Positions 41,771-54,162 of a DNA stretch of 64,000 nucleotides are shown here, piece by piece. Under the pieces are notes generated by a model, which ran no database searches, was not told the origin of the DNA, and was given only the letters and a program-made list of their open reading frames with translations. Both the position numbers and the translations under genes were made by a program. The stretch comes from Spironucleus salmonicida (taxonomy: Eukaryota): NCBI RefSeq assembly GCF_000497125.1, contig NC_090600.1, positions 310,001 to 374,000 on the forward strand, read 5' to 3'. The first letter of the stretch is position 1. Every line of letters starts with the position of its first letter.

Positions 41771-44629
41771 ATGTCATTTCCGGAAGTTTAATCAACACCT
41801 GCAACAATAACATAAATTTGTTATCCAGATACTACATTCATTCAAGGAAATATAAATTAGTCAGGAGATGGTCCATGTACAGTTTAGTTTAATTCAGGAA
41901 CGCTTTTCCATGGAGCTTTACGTAATTTTCAGCTCAGTTCAAATCTTAGTATTATGGAGTCGGGGCCATCAATTATTTTATCATAATTTAACCCACTTCC
42001 ACAAGGGTAGTCTCTAATAGCATTTTCAGATGGCAGCATTTTCTAAGGTAATGTAGAAAATGGTTATGCTGTAGGGTTTGGCTCAGCATATCAAGCAACG
42101 TCAGAAATTTACTATTCTGGAAATTTCTAATCTGGTATGGCTGATGGTTTTGGTTGCGCCGTTCAGGGGGATTTTAAGGACCAAAATAATATTGAATCGG
42201 TATATTTAGGATGGTTCTAGGATGGTGAACCTCATGGACGAGGAATTTCACTTGGAATTGACGGCGAGGGTCTTACAATGTTCAACCGCTTCGAAGGCTA
42301 CTTTATTCAAGGAATCAGAAATGGCTCAGGCACTATTGTACTTGGATCAGGTGAGTGGCTTATCGGTTAATTTATTAACGATGAAAAAGATGGTGTTTTC
42401 CTTTACATTTCAGAATAGGGTGAAATTGAGCTTAGATATTATTTCAAAGACATTATGAAACTTTCGTACAAATCCGAAAACTACTACATCGACAAGCCAT
42501 AAGAGCTCAAATTTGTTGTTATGCAAAATGAAGATTCAAAAATTGAGCTTTACAATGAATATGTGGCATATTTCAAGTTTTTAGAAAGTACAAATTTGCC
42601 TGGAAAATCCTCGTAGAGCCAAAGAATTCATATAATTCCTATTATAGATACTATATGGAGATTCTGTCGACGCATCACAATACCATTAAGAGTGGGTCTT
42701 ATCACCGATTCTCGTGTTTGTACTCCTATAATTTCTGAGCAGATTGCGGAGATTGCACGAAATTTAACTAAATTAGACGTTTGTTAGGTTTTAAAATAAA
42801 CACAATAAAGCCAAGAAATGATCAACTTTTTCAAAGTCGTTGAAAGTATAAAATCGTGTATTATTGGGAACTATGAAATTTTGAAGTTTTTGTTTCAGTT
42901 TTTTAGAGCTCGAGATTTAATAACATTTGGTGAGTAAGCTAAATCAGTCTATATAAATCAGTTTCTTGAGGAAGTGGAAAAATACATTGAAGATGAACGT
43001 ATTAAAATGGTGAAAGAGGATATAATTTTACCATAATAAAACTAAATATAAACTGAGAATTCACTCATTGATAATATTCATTCTGGAGAGAATTCAATGG
43101 AATGGAAAGATACTACAAAAGTAGAAGAAACTGATGCAAACTAGACAATTACACTGGATTTAAACCACGAAACTATAGAAAATATTGTCGATTTGGTAGA
43201 AGATGCACCTTAAGCTGGTAAAATGGATAAAATTAAATCTTTATTAAAGGTATCTTAAATTTTACCTTTATCAAATTCTGGTAAAGATAATGAACTAATT
43301 AACACTGTTATCTCACTACTTGATCAAAATTTAGTGGTTTCTCATTAAAATATTAAATAAATGGTTTTTGATATTGCTGCTTTTACGGAATAATTAGACC
43401 TTATTCAGCCATAAGACGAGTTTATTGATTTATTAATCGACTAGTTTTCAAAGCAATCTGATAGTTATTAAACTACTATTTAATTCGATATTTAAACTCT
43501 TTTTTCATAGTCAATTACTGATTCTAATTTCACCCAATTTATAGCATTTTTGCTTAATCTTTATTAGGTTTTTGATCATGATAATCCAATTGTATTTATG
43601 ACTGAGGTTATTTACCCTTACGTAAAGCATAATCTGTCAAAACTTATTAAAGCACTGGAAACTGATAATTTTGCATTAAGTTTACTGTTTGATCCTACAG
43701 ATTAATTTTATATTGATATAATGAAGTAGAAATCTCAATCAAAGAAACGTAGAACTGATCTCGATGATGATAGTTAGAGTACTATTTCAAAATAATTCTC
43801 TAGTAACAGCAAGGCTAGCAAGTTCATGAGCAGCACTGGCAGCAAGGCAGCAGTTCCAAAGATTCTTTTGCGAGATGCAAGTAATATGTTGAATGAACAA
43901 GAATAGAGTATTTTTAGATGTCAAAAATTAAGTGGAAAACTGGTTAAATTAATGTAGATTAATTAAGAATATTAGTCAAAATTTGTGTTCCCATACTTAA
44001 TAAATGAAACCCTTGAAACCATAATAAATAATAAATTTGGACTTAGTATCTCATAATATTTATAATTAGATTAACTAACGTTAACTGAATTTTTATTCAA
44101 CTATTTTGAGTAGTTTAATGAAGTTTTCGGCTTCCCTAAAATTTCAGAGGAAATAGATTTTTATTTCAGAGTTTTAGGTCCATTTTTCGTTAAATTTGCA
44201 AGAGCTGATGGCTCATGGTTTTTAGAGGAAAATACTTATATAAGTGATAAAGGTCAATATCTTATTGAAAAGATACTGTCTTTCCACGTCAATCAGCAGG
44301 TGTTAACAGCTATTTTAGCATGTTGTTTATTAAAAACAGATAAAATCAATAAGTAGAAGCCGGTTGTAGATCCTAATGATACAACAGGTGATTTGGATAA
44401 TAACTCAGTTGTATCAGAAAATTCAAATGATAGTAATATGGATAGTATCAATTCTTTTAATTCATTTGCAGAAAGCGGGCATTCCACAAGAAGTCAAGCC
44501 GAATAGAAAAAGGTAGAAGGTGAGAAGCAAAAATTATTTTAGGTAGATTCAAAGAAATTCGATGAAGGAAATTGCTATAACGTAATTGGTTTGTTCTTAT
44601 AAGGTATTTTGCAGCTTTTTAATAAGTGA
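41771..44629 (+). CDS. MORN-repeat protein (possibly radial-spoke RSPH10-like)
   Basis: YSGNFQSGMADGFG, YLGWFQDGEPHGRG, FEGYFIQGIRNGSG repeats; 952 aa. Confidence 0.75.
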
Positions 44630-44652
44630 ACAATTTGTTAAATTATATGTAA

Positions 44653-46470
44653 TCACTCGTCGTTTTCTAACTCTTTAATTTTTGTTAATGACTATAAAAT
44701 TTGATCTTCCAGTTAATCTTATAAATTTAATTATTACTAATCCTACTAGCAGCTTATAATATTTGTAATCTATGGTAATATAATATGAGGTGAAGTTACT
44801 ATATTATGATTAGATATAACAGGTCCTGATGAACGCTTTCGGGATTTAATTTTTTCAATTAGCTTCATTAATTTTTATATAATTAACTCCTGCTCTACTA
44901 TATCTAGTTCACTAGAATATTTTTTTTATAATTTTCTACAAATCTACTATATGGTTTTAATCTTATTAGAAACAGAAAACGCTTTTAAAACACTTTGTAA
45001 ATCAGAACTAGAGAATGTAATACTCTACTGGGAATTTTGATTAGAAGAAAAAACTTTTTATACAATAACTGAATCCAGTGAGACAGGTAGAAATCTTTAT
45101 TAAAAATATTCCATATCTGTTTAACTGAAAATAAGTACATCTTATTTTAACTTGTTTAACTTAACTGTTTCATGGGCTTTATTATATAACTTTAATTGAA
45201 ATTGTAGTTAAGTAATCTATTACTGTATGTTATTAATTTAATCTTCGCTATAATAACTCCTATCAATATAAGGAATAATATCAATTTCATATGGAACAAC
45301 AGATGAATTTTCAATAAAAATAGTAGCCAAATCATGACATTATATTTTTGGACTAGGTAACTAAGATGCAACTCTTTGATCTGAAATCGAAATTGTTTCA
45401 TCCTCAATTCTAATATTGCTGACTTTTTATGAAAATAATAGATCAACATCATTTTACGAAATTATAAATTAGCTTTATCCTGGATTAAGTAAATTAATAG
45501 AATATATCTATCCATTTACAAAAACTTCAACCTTACCTATGTGAAGTTCTTATTAATTATAGTTAGTAAAAACTTCTTCTGCTATGAATTTATTTGATAT
45601 ATCCCAAATATTATAACAGCAAAAAAACGCGACTTCTTCATGTTTATAGCTAACTTTATCGAGAATTAAATATTTAATTTCTTCTGCTTATTCATATTTA
45701 AATGAAGAAAACGTTATGGTCAAGAATGTATTTCCATAACTTACCTGTGTATGAATGGCTTTTTCGTATTTCTAATAAGGCAAAATAGAATATATAGCAT
45801 GTTAAATAGGCCAAGTATGGCATAACTAATGTATATGGTCATAATTCTGCTACCTAATATAACTCACAGCTTCAATTTAGAGATTTTCTAAACAAAAAGG
45901 TTATGTAATAATATAACCCTATTTCCCTATATTAGCTTCAAATAATACAATTTTAAAACCATGATGAATGCCTAATATTCTAAATATTTTTTAAGATGGC
46001 AATTCTGCTTCAACAAACAGGGAAACAGAATTATTCTTGAATTCCTGAACCTTTTGTACGTTTCCTGTAAGCACTATCCCATCAGACTCAGATTCATACT
46101 AATACTCTTAAAATGGGATTATATTTGGAATATTAACATGAATAAACTGATTTTAAACATCCATACTCTCTTCCTAAAGCAGCTCTATAAAAATCTCAAC
46201 GGGACACCGAAAAAGATCTGTTATATGCACACCTTGGCACAATTAGCTAGAAACCTTTTATAGCTCCTTGACAACGATGAACTAGGCCTACTGATATGGC
46301 GAGTCGAGCGACAGCTTGAAATTGAAATACTCTAACTAGCATTTGCGTAGAATCGGAATATACTGATAAGCATACGACGACGAAGAATAAATAACCACAA
46401 CCAAATGCGTAGCCTGCGTGTACTCCTGCAGGTAGATCTGCTTCAAATCGATTTCATAATTATACCGCAT
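44653..46470 (-). CDS. hypothetical protein
   Basis: ATG 46470 and GAG-TGA in same frame; 605 aa. Confidence 0.6.
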
Positions 46471-46530
46471 TTTAAACCAAAAATACATATTATTATACAT
46501 TATATATATATTATTTTTTCCGCTTCAAAA

Positions 46531-47205
46531 ATGTTCAAAGGTTGTTTCAAGCCGAAAACGAACACACAACAAGTAGACCCCAATCTAGACCCCACCACCC
46601 TAGAATTTGACGAAAATTTCGCCAAAAACACCGCAAAAATTGACAATTTCGACGCTAAAATTTCTGAGTTCAAAACGGCCGAAAGCGCCGATTTCGAGAG
46701 CCTGAAAATGCAGTTCGAGTCGGCGCAGATCGAACTGCAGACGGCCCGCGAGACCATCAGAAGCCAGCAGCTGGACTTGGCGCAGGCCGCTGAAAATGCT
46801 GCAGAGGCACCGGTTCAGATCGATTAATTGGTGTATAATAATGACATTTTGGCAGAACAGAATTAGTAGGAAATGGAGCGGCTGCGGAGCGATAATGCAC
46901 GGCTTTAGGAGGCCGTTGCAGAGCTTCAGGCGGTTCATGAGGTTCAGGTCAACTAAAATGAGCAGGAATCGCACAATGAGCAGCTTCTGTAAGAAGGCAC
47001 GCAGAACGACTTGGAGTACACAAAAGCAAACTTGCAGCTCTCTGAGCATGCGTATGTAGCGTCTAACATCGATTCTGACATTTAGAAGACACTTTAATAC
47101 AACAATAAATCTGCGGTTAAAATTTTGCAGCTGGAGCAGCATCTGCAAGATTTAGAACATAATATGACTTGTCAGGCGGCGTTATTAGATTCTGATGACG
47201 AGTGA
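46531..47205 (+). CDS. coiled-coil protein
   Basis: MFKGCFKPK..., E/Q/L-rich heptads; GAG-TGA stop; 224 aa. Confidence 0.7.
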
Positions 47206-47337
47206 GTAGTAGGTTTTGTTCAATAGTTAAGTTAATTGTTGGTATTTAGTGGAGCTTATAATTGCAACACAAATTGTGTTATTTATACTTATATAGCATA
47301 TTCAACAAATAAATGGATAAAATTTTGCACAAATCCT

Positions 47338-48651
47338 TCACTCGCACATAACCTTGACATTTTCAACCTCAGTGAAGCCCACGCCCGCACTGATCGCCTT
47401 CAATAGGCCGGCGTTGAATTTTTTCTGGATATCGATGTCCTTGCAGCCGATACTACCATAGTACTTGCCCTGGCTTGGGCTGAAAAGGCGAATCTCTACC
47501 CCCTCGATTCTTACCAAAAATTTGTGCATGACAACGCTGATCTGAGTGTCCGACACTCCTCTAAGAGCTGCGCACACGGCTGCCAGCGCTCCCTTAGGTG
47601 ATTTTACGTTTGGCATGGCGAACGCCTTCTTCACATCAAAGCCGATAACATCGTTCTTGGGAGGTACCTTGAGAGCAAAGTCACAGAAGGGGCATGAGTC
47701 TGGGGACTGCTGCACTGGTTGAGAGTCGATCTTCAGAATCTTATGAAGCGTTTCTAACTCCTTCTGCTTGTTCTAGTCTGGTCTAAACGGAACGACCAGG
47801 GTACCAGTCGTAATTTCACCCTTTTCGCTGTCCACCTGGGCGTATTTCTGGAAGAAGGTACTATCGAATATCTCCTCTATGGTAGCACGCTTCTCGGGAT
47901 CCTTGACTAGGATAGAGGAGATCAGGTTCCGGGCCTCCTGGGTGAAGAACTCCGGATACTGGTAGTTGCAGGTCCTCGCGTTCTCGAAGATCTCACGCAC
48001 GTCGGTGCCGTTGAATGGGAACTTGAAAGCCAGCATTGTGAAGAGAAGAATACCTAGACTCCAGATATCTGCCCGCCGACCGTCGTACTTCTCAGCGTCG
48101 GCGACCTCAGGGGCGATGTAGTGCGGGGAACCGCAGGTCGTCTTGCACGTGAAGAAAGTCTTGTCCGGGGAATTGGACACCGCCCCGAGCCCGAAATCAG
48201 CAACGTACACTTTCGAATCGTCGGCAAGGAGCACATTCTCGAACTTGAGATCTCGATGCTAGATGCCCAGCTGGTGAAAGTAGCGCACCGTGGCAGCAAT
48301 CTGTGTGAAATAAAGTGCAGCTAGCGCTTCAGGCAGGGGTGCCCTAATCGACTGCAGAAGCTCACCCCTGGGGATGAAGTCCATAACGAGCATGAACCTA
48401 GAGGAGTTCTGCAGGATATTATACAGATGAACTGTATTCGGGTGCTTTAGCGCCTGCATGATGGCTATCTCACGTTGCAAGCGCTGCAGCGCAGTTTCAG
48501 ATAGAGACTGGCGCTTGATGACCTTCATAGCGTACTTGAGCCCTGTATTCTCGTCAGTTACCAAATATACCTTCGCATAAGTTCCTTTGCCTAACTGCTC
48601 GCCAATAATGTAATTTTGCACCTTTTTCGGAGCATCTTCCACTTAAGTCAT
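47338..48651 (-). CDS. CAMK/CAMKL (SNF1/AMPK-related) kinase
   Basis: LGKGTYAKV, HRDLKFEN, ADFG, TCGSPHYIAPE..YDG..DIWSLG; three track ORFs join through TAG=Gln; 437 aa. Confidence 0.9.
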
Positions 48652-48750
48652 TTTGTGAGAGCGGACGTGAATTGTAAATCTATATAGTAAAATATTAAAA
48701 ATTTAGATTGTAAATAAGATTCAACATTATAATGAATAATTATGTTAGCA

Positions 48751-49116
48751 TCACTCTGCTGCAATTGCGTCAATTTCGACTAAAGCATCCATGGGAAGCT
48801 TGGCAACTTCTACGCAGATTCTTGCCGGCTTATGATCGCCAAAAGCTTCAGCATAAATTGCATTTACTGCAGCAAAATCAGATATATTCTTGAGCATGAC
48901 CTGGGTCTTGGCAACCTTAGACATAGAGCTTCCAGCAACCTCTAATATACCTTTTAAGTTATTTAAGGCATTTTTGGTCTGCTCTTCAACAGTGGCGCCG
49001 AGCGCACCATCCTTTACTCCTAACTGTCCGGATACAAAGATCAAACCATTAGCCTTGCAGGCAGGAGAATAAGGACCGAGGCATTTAGCGGGAGTTTGGA
49101 TGCACTGAACTGGCAT
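48751..49116 (-). CDS. ridA: RidA/YjgF/UK114 enamine-imine deaminase
   Basis: GPYS..IFVSGQL..EQT..N..F..VN..Y..F...PAR..V..LP..LVEIDAIA; 121 aa. Confidence 0.92.
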   Translation of the reverse strand: MPVQCIQTPAKCLGPYSPACKANGLIFVSGQLGVKDGALGATVEEQTKNALNNLKGILEVAGSSMSKVAKTQVMLKNISDFAAVNAIYAEAFGDHKPARICVEVAKLPMDALVEIDAIAAE

Positions 49117-49654
49117 TTTTTGATGGAATGGCAATTTAGATTTATGGAATATTTCTTTATATATTTAATTGTTAACTAATTTTATTTGTGAATTATAAAA
49201 TCCGATGATTAATTTATTATTCAGAAAATTATATTAAATTCATCTTGCATGTACTCTTAATTAAGCACCTGGATTTTGAAAATAATATCAAACAAATATA
49301 TATAAGATTAATATTTATTTTATTCTAAATTCTAATATAATAATTTTTTATAGATATAATTATAGAGGAACTTTACTTTAAGTATATGCTTTTATTCAAT
49401 GTAATAAGTCATCTGAACATTTCCGCACTAACATTATTTTCCGTATTTTCAGCAATAAAATTTCTATTTAAAAATAATAAATATTTCATATAAATATAAT
49501 TAAGATTTAGTGTTTATTATTTTGTGGTTTGTATAATGTTTTCTTAGTTTTTATATTACTAATATATTCGTATAAACAAATTTATCTAACATAAATCGCT
49601 TTACATATATGGGGATACAATAAATTTTAAAATTTAATATTCTTGCACTTCCCT

Positions 49655-49948
49655 ATGGACTACTTGACGATTATTCATACATGCGACTCAAATGCAATGG
49701 ATTGTTTGGATTTTTCGTATCAATAACCAGTGTCTTAAAGCAAAAGCCAAACAAGCATTAAAGCACGCAAAAAAAGAGACAAGTGGTCAGTATATGAAGA
49801 AGTTTGCTTGTTGACAATTTTGTAGAAAGATGAAACTAAAACATGGCGCAAAGTAGCTGAAGAATTAAGCAAGTAAACAAAATGTCCAATGAAAACGGCA
49901 TCATAAATAAGTTAACATTGGCGTAGAGTTCTTAAACCAATATGGTGA
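49655..49948 (+). CDS. small Myb-domain protein
   Basis: KWSVYEEVCLL...TWRKVAEEL...KTASQISQHWRRVLKP, three regularly spaced Trp; 97 aa. Confidence 0.75.
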
Positions 49949-50367
49949 ACATATTCTTTATTATATCATAGAATGCTTTAAATACTTAAGTAAAGACTTT
50001 GGTATTATATCGTTAAATTTAAATTTTATTTCTTCTGACAAATAAAAAATCATCCGGAATTTTATGGAAATCAATTAAAAGAAACTACTAATATAACTTA
50101 ATATTAACTTATTCATAATTATTATGATAATTATAATTTCTTATAGATACGGTAGAGAGATATATAAACTATATTTTTTATCGTGTATATTCTTACTAAT
50201 ACTCTTAAATAATCTTTTAAATTGGACATGTGTTATGACACATAATATATAAGTAATATAACTATTATTAAAGTGAAAATTTGTTTTTGTATATATTAAT
50301 ATTATTTATTATATAAAAAATTTATATATAGAAATATAAATTAATATATAACATTAGTTTAATAAAA

Positions 50368-50817
50368 ATGACATTTTAATCACTAGCAGTGTGTTAGGGA
50401 TAGTGTCTGACTAGTTGCTATTCGTATCTCATCTATTACCGCTGTACATACAACTTAACCTACACGCAGTTGGTATTCTACCTGCTGTACGTGGGGATCC
50501 TCCTGATTTCCGTCGGCACCCTCGTGCGGGTGTACGGCACGTACAAGCGCAGGCAGGGCTTCCGGAAGGAGAAGAATGGGCCCTGCTGCTTCCGCTACGT
50601 GCGGGACGAGCACCGCTAGGAGATGCGCCAGGTGGTGTACGTCGAGGACGGCTACGGCAACCTCACGGAGGTCGGCCACGACTACGTCCTCGTGCCGCAG
50701 CGGACCCGCCAGCCGGAGCTGGTACCGCCGCCCCCGGCGCCCATCATGGCTGACATCCAGCCCCCGCAGGAGTACCAGCAGCCCAAGGTGGTCCCGAACA
50801 CCGCGCCGCAGTTCTGA
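50368..50817 (+). CDS. cassette gene 1, copy B
   Basis: MTFQSLAVCQGQCLTSCYSYLIYYRCTYNLTY-TM-shared tail; 149 aa. Confidence 0.8.
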
Positions 50818-50903
50818 GTGAGCGGGGTCGGACGGAGTGATTTCAGTTTCCACATTACACCTGCATCCCGGCCCGAAATATGCAGGTTTCCCCCGCACCA
50901 CAA

Positions 50904-51260
50904 ATGCAAGTAGTCGCCGTCACCTGCTCCGCCTGCGGCTTCCTGTCCAACGAGAAGCCCGGCGTCGCCACCTGCGCCTTCTGCGGTTCCGCCGACGTGG
51001 CCGAGGTCCCCACCGAGGCGCCCCTCTCCCACGACAGGGAGTTCCTGGAGCTGTGCAGCGCGAAGTTCGGCAAGAGCTACGCCAGCCTCAAGCAGATCTC
51101 GGACGAGTTCGCCTTCGACGAGACCTTCATCCACCTCACCATCAAGAACGCCGAGCTGTGGCAGTACTGCCTCGAGCAGCCCACCTTCGAGGCGCTCCTG
51201 GACCTCTGCGGTGCCAACCAGCACAAGAGAGGCCCCGCGATCTGCCCCGGGCCCCAGTGA
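50904..51260 (+). CDS. cassette gene 2, copy B
   Basis: Same protein as 37429-37785. Confidence 0.7.
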   Translation: MQVVAVTCSACGFLSNEKPGVATCAFCGSADVAEVPTEAPLSHDREFLELCSAKFGKSYASLKQISDEFAFDETFIHLTIKNAELWQYCLEQPTFEALLDLCGANQHKRGPAICPGPQ

Positions 51261-51300
51261 TCTGTCTCCCCACTGACGCGCGGTGCCCGCCACTCCACAA

Positions 51301-51507
51301 ATGGGAGCCTGCGCCCAGGACGACTTCGTCCCCGCTGCCATCATCCAGCACGAGTACGCGGCCTACGACTTCGCCCAGAACTCCGCCGCCTCCCTGGTGA
51401 GCGAGCGTCAGGCCCAGAGCCGCGCAGGACTGTCCCTGAGCATGGCACGGGCCCTGGTGGAGGAGGAGCAGCCGGACGTCCACGCGGAGTGGGACCTAAT
51501 CGAGTGA
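51301..51507 (+). CDS. cassette gene 3, copy B
   Basis: Same protein as 37826-38032. Confidence 0.6.
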   Translation: MGACAQDDFVPAAIIQHEYAAYDFAQNSAASLVSERQAQSRAGLSLSMARALVEEEQPDVHAEWDLIE

Positions 51508-51526
51508 TATCGCCAAATAGAGAGTC

Positions 51527-51620
51527 TCACTGGTCGAACCGGCCCAGCCTCTTCAGGTAGAAGTACTGAGTTTTAAATTACAAAAGTCATACTCAAAAAG
51601 AAAGTACTCACTATCATATA
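51527..51620 (-). pseudogene. decayed remnant of cassette Myb gene 4
   Basis: Last 13 codons and stop identical to gene 4; beyond 51568 AT-rich FLSMTF-QFKT aligns to FPEMTRVQIKN with a frameshift. Confidence 0.5.
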
Positions 51621-52125
51621 ATAATATTTGCGATTTTTAAGTAGAATCAATGTTATAAAATCTTATGAATTGAATACATGTAACTATTATATTATAATGG
51701 TATAACTAACCTTAACCATTGTTAATGTATCTAATACTTTTTATAAGAATAAATCTCTATTTTTATATTCTCTTTCTAAACTAAAATAATTTTCTGAACT
51801 AGGATTATAAGAAAATAACTTTCAGATGTAAATATCGAATAATAATTAGAATCGATTTTCTACCACTCGTAGAGTGCCTAAACTTCAGCATGTAAAACAT
51901 CAAAGACTTTAAATAGACCTTAACTTGCAGTAGGACCTTAATATTCTCTAATTAATTGGATAACCTTTTGACACATTATTATTCCCTTTAAAATCATAGG
52001 TAAAGACTCATTATTTAGATGCCGTAATTCTCAGAAGAATAAAGAAAATTAGAGAACAGCATGCTCGCACATCCTTCAAATTTATTACATAAGGAAGCAC
52101 ATCCCATTCTAACTGAACATACTGC

Positions 52126-52566
52126 ATGTACCCTAATGTCTAGAATTATCTGGGTCTTATCTTTAAAAACAATGAATTTTCTGATTAGGGTTCATTGACG
52201 GTTACCTCTGTTGATGAGAACAGACTCGCAACGTTTAGTGGAATATTTCCGAGCGCTCTTAAAATTACTGACTTGAGTACTAATTAGCTAAAAATCCTTA
52301 ACACTAATTAGATAGAAGTTATACAGGACCTCGATTTACAAACTAATTTATTTCTGGAAATACATTTTAAAAACTGCAAGAACCTTAGGAAGCTAAATAT
52401 TTTGCAAGCAATATATATTACCTCGATCTACGGTTCAATAAAATACTAGAGAATATACATCTTTATAAAACGAACAGTATCAACTTCAAACGAAAGGTTA
52501 AATAACAGAATATTGATATCTTAGCGTGAAATATCCAGTAGGAATTTGTAGAATTTGCTAGCTTGA
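52126..52566 (+). pseudogene. leucine-rich-repeat protein fragment
   Basis: LKITDLSTNQL, IQDLDLQTNLF, LRKLNI; further LRR-like YYLDLRFNK in another frame; upstream TGA interruptions. Confidence 0.45.
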
Positions 52567-52661
52567 GGCTATAGGATTATACAGATTGCACTGTAGAATA
52601 TTGATCACCAAAATATGTTAAAGAAGTCAGTTACTGAAAAATAAGTCGCAAATGAATGAAC

Positions 52662-53438
52662 TCACTCCACCATTATTTAGGTAGACTTGGATTCCATATT
52701 ATCGTAGTAAGCTAGCAAGAGGCGGTCAAATAGGTCACAGTGTGAGTATTCGAAAGTTTCATGTCCAAAGTATATTTTATTCGCATGCAGCAATCCCCTG
52801 CTAGTGCTAGTAATGAATACACAGTCCGCCGCTTAAATATCCTATATAGTGAATTTCATCCGTTTTAGATCAATACCTAGCTCTTAACATATGCTTAGTA
52901 CGGAATTTCTAACATTTCCACCAAGGACATCTTGGTCCCCAGCAGTTTAAATAGTGTTCCCCAAAATAATAAAGCAGTTACTGCTCAGACCTTCAGTTAC
53001 AAACCCATCCTAGTGCATTAAAACTTCGTCAATATCAGAGGTGATAAACTGTTCCAGACTTTGTCTTTTAACGCACCAGTTAACAGATTTTATCTACGGG
53101 TCTGCTCTCGCGGCCTCCATTAGGATAAAGTTTGAGGATAACTTTGCAGCTGGCAAGGATTCTGCAAAAAAGTCGAGATGGTTACCAACTGACATACAGT
53201 ATATTCTGATGTCGGCCGGAAAGTTCTACAGAAATACATTGGCCGCGGCCATAATCTGCTTGCACGCCATTGGGCGAGTAAGCTCCCCAGACACCAACCT
53301 GCACAGGTGCACCTCTAGCTCTGGAATCATGGTTCTTGAGAGCGTGCGCAGCGTGGTAAATGTAATGTCCTTGTACAAAGTAAGCACGTCATGCCCCTTC
53401 AACTGAGACACGGTGAGTTATCCATCTTTCAGGTACAT
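52662..53438 (-). CDS. aminotransferase class IV, copy 2
   Basis: Duplicate of 32205-32981. Confidence 0.85.
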
Positions 53439-53499
53439 TAATTAAATATACTTATATATTAAATTATCCACATCAGATTATTTATCATCTCGGTTATCT

Positions 53500-54108
53500 T
53501 CAAAGACGAGGTTACGCGCCAGAACGCAGCCGGAACGCGTCCACGGCCTCGCGCACCCCTTCATAGTTCAAGTCCTTTCCGTGCCTGAAAAACTACCGAA
53601 ACAGGCACTCGAAGCTCTTGAACATGCTCCGGAGCACTTCCACCTCAGCTTTTCGCTCCAACTCCTCGCAAATCCGCGCCATTTGCAGCGATTCAAGTAC
53701 GAAACTGGAAAGGAGCGGTACCGTTTTTGGAGTGGAACTGGGCATTCTAACCGAGTTGACGGCGATGAGCTCCTTTTGAATTTGCTGTTTTTAGTTTTGC
53801 AGTCGCTAAATCTCGATCTTCAGCACCTTGTTTTCGGTGGCCAGCGAGGTCAAGAAGGCGCTAATTTCCTGTATTTCTTGCGATTGAAAATAAGGGGCTG
53901 AGTGGGGAGAATCGAGCGGTTGCTGCTAGTTGAGGTTGAAAAACCGAATTGTAGCGATGGCCTCGGAAATGCTGAACAGCTCTGGTTCTGGCATGGACGT
54001 AACCTGATAAATCTTTTTAATCGATTCGGTAATGAGCGATACCTAATTTGACCTGGCAGCTAAAATTCTGGCCTGATCGGAGAGCGGCAGGAGCGGTAGC
54101 ATGTCCAT
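53500..54108 (-). CDS. hypothetical coiled-coil protein, copy 2
   Basis: Duplicate of 33043-33651. Confidence 0.65.
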
Positions 54109-54162
54109 TTGTATTCTTTTTATATTTATATATAAATGTGATACTATAGCCACTTCAATAAA

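Larger units (their letters stand above)
50448..51568. repeat. GC-rich cassette tract B
   Basis: Matches C (inverted) from 50448, D from 50550; identity to A/D ends at ...GAAGTACTG 51568. Confidence 0.9.
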
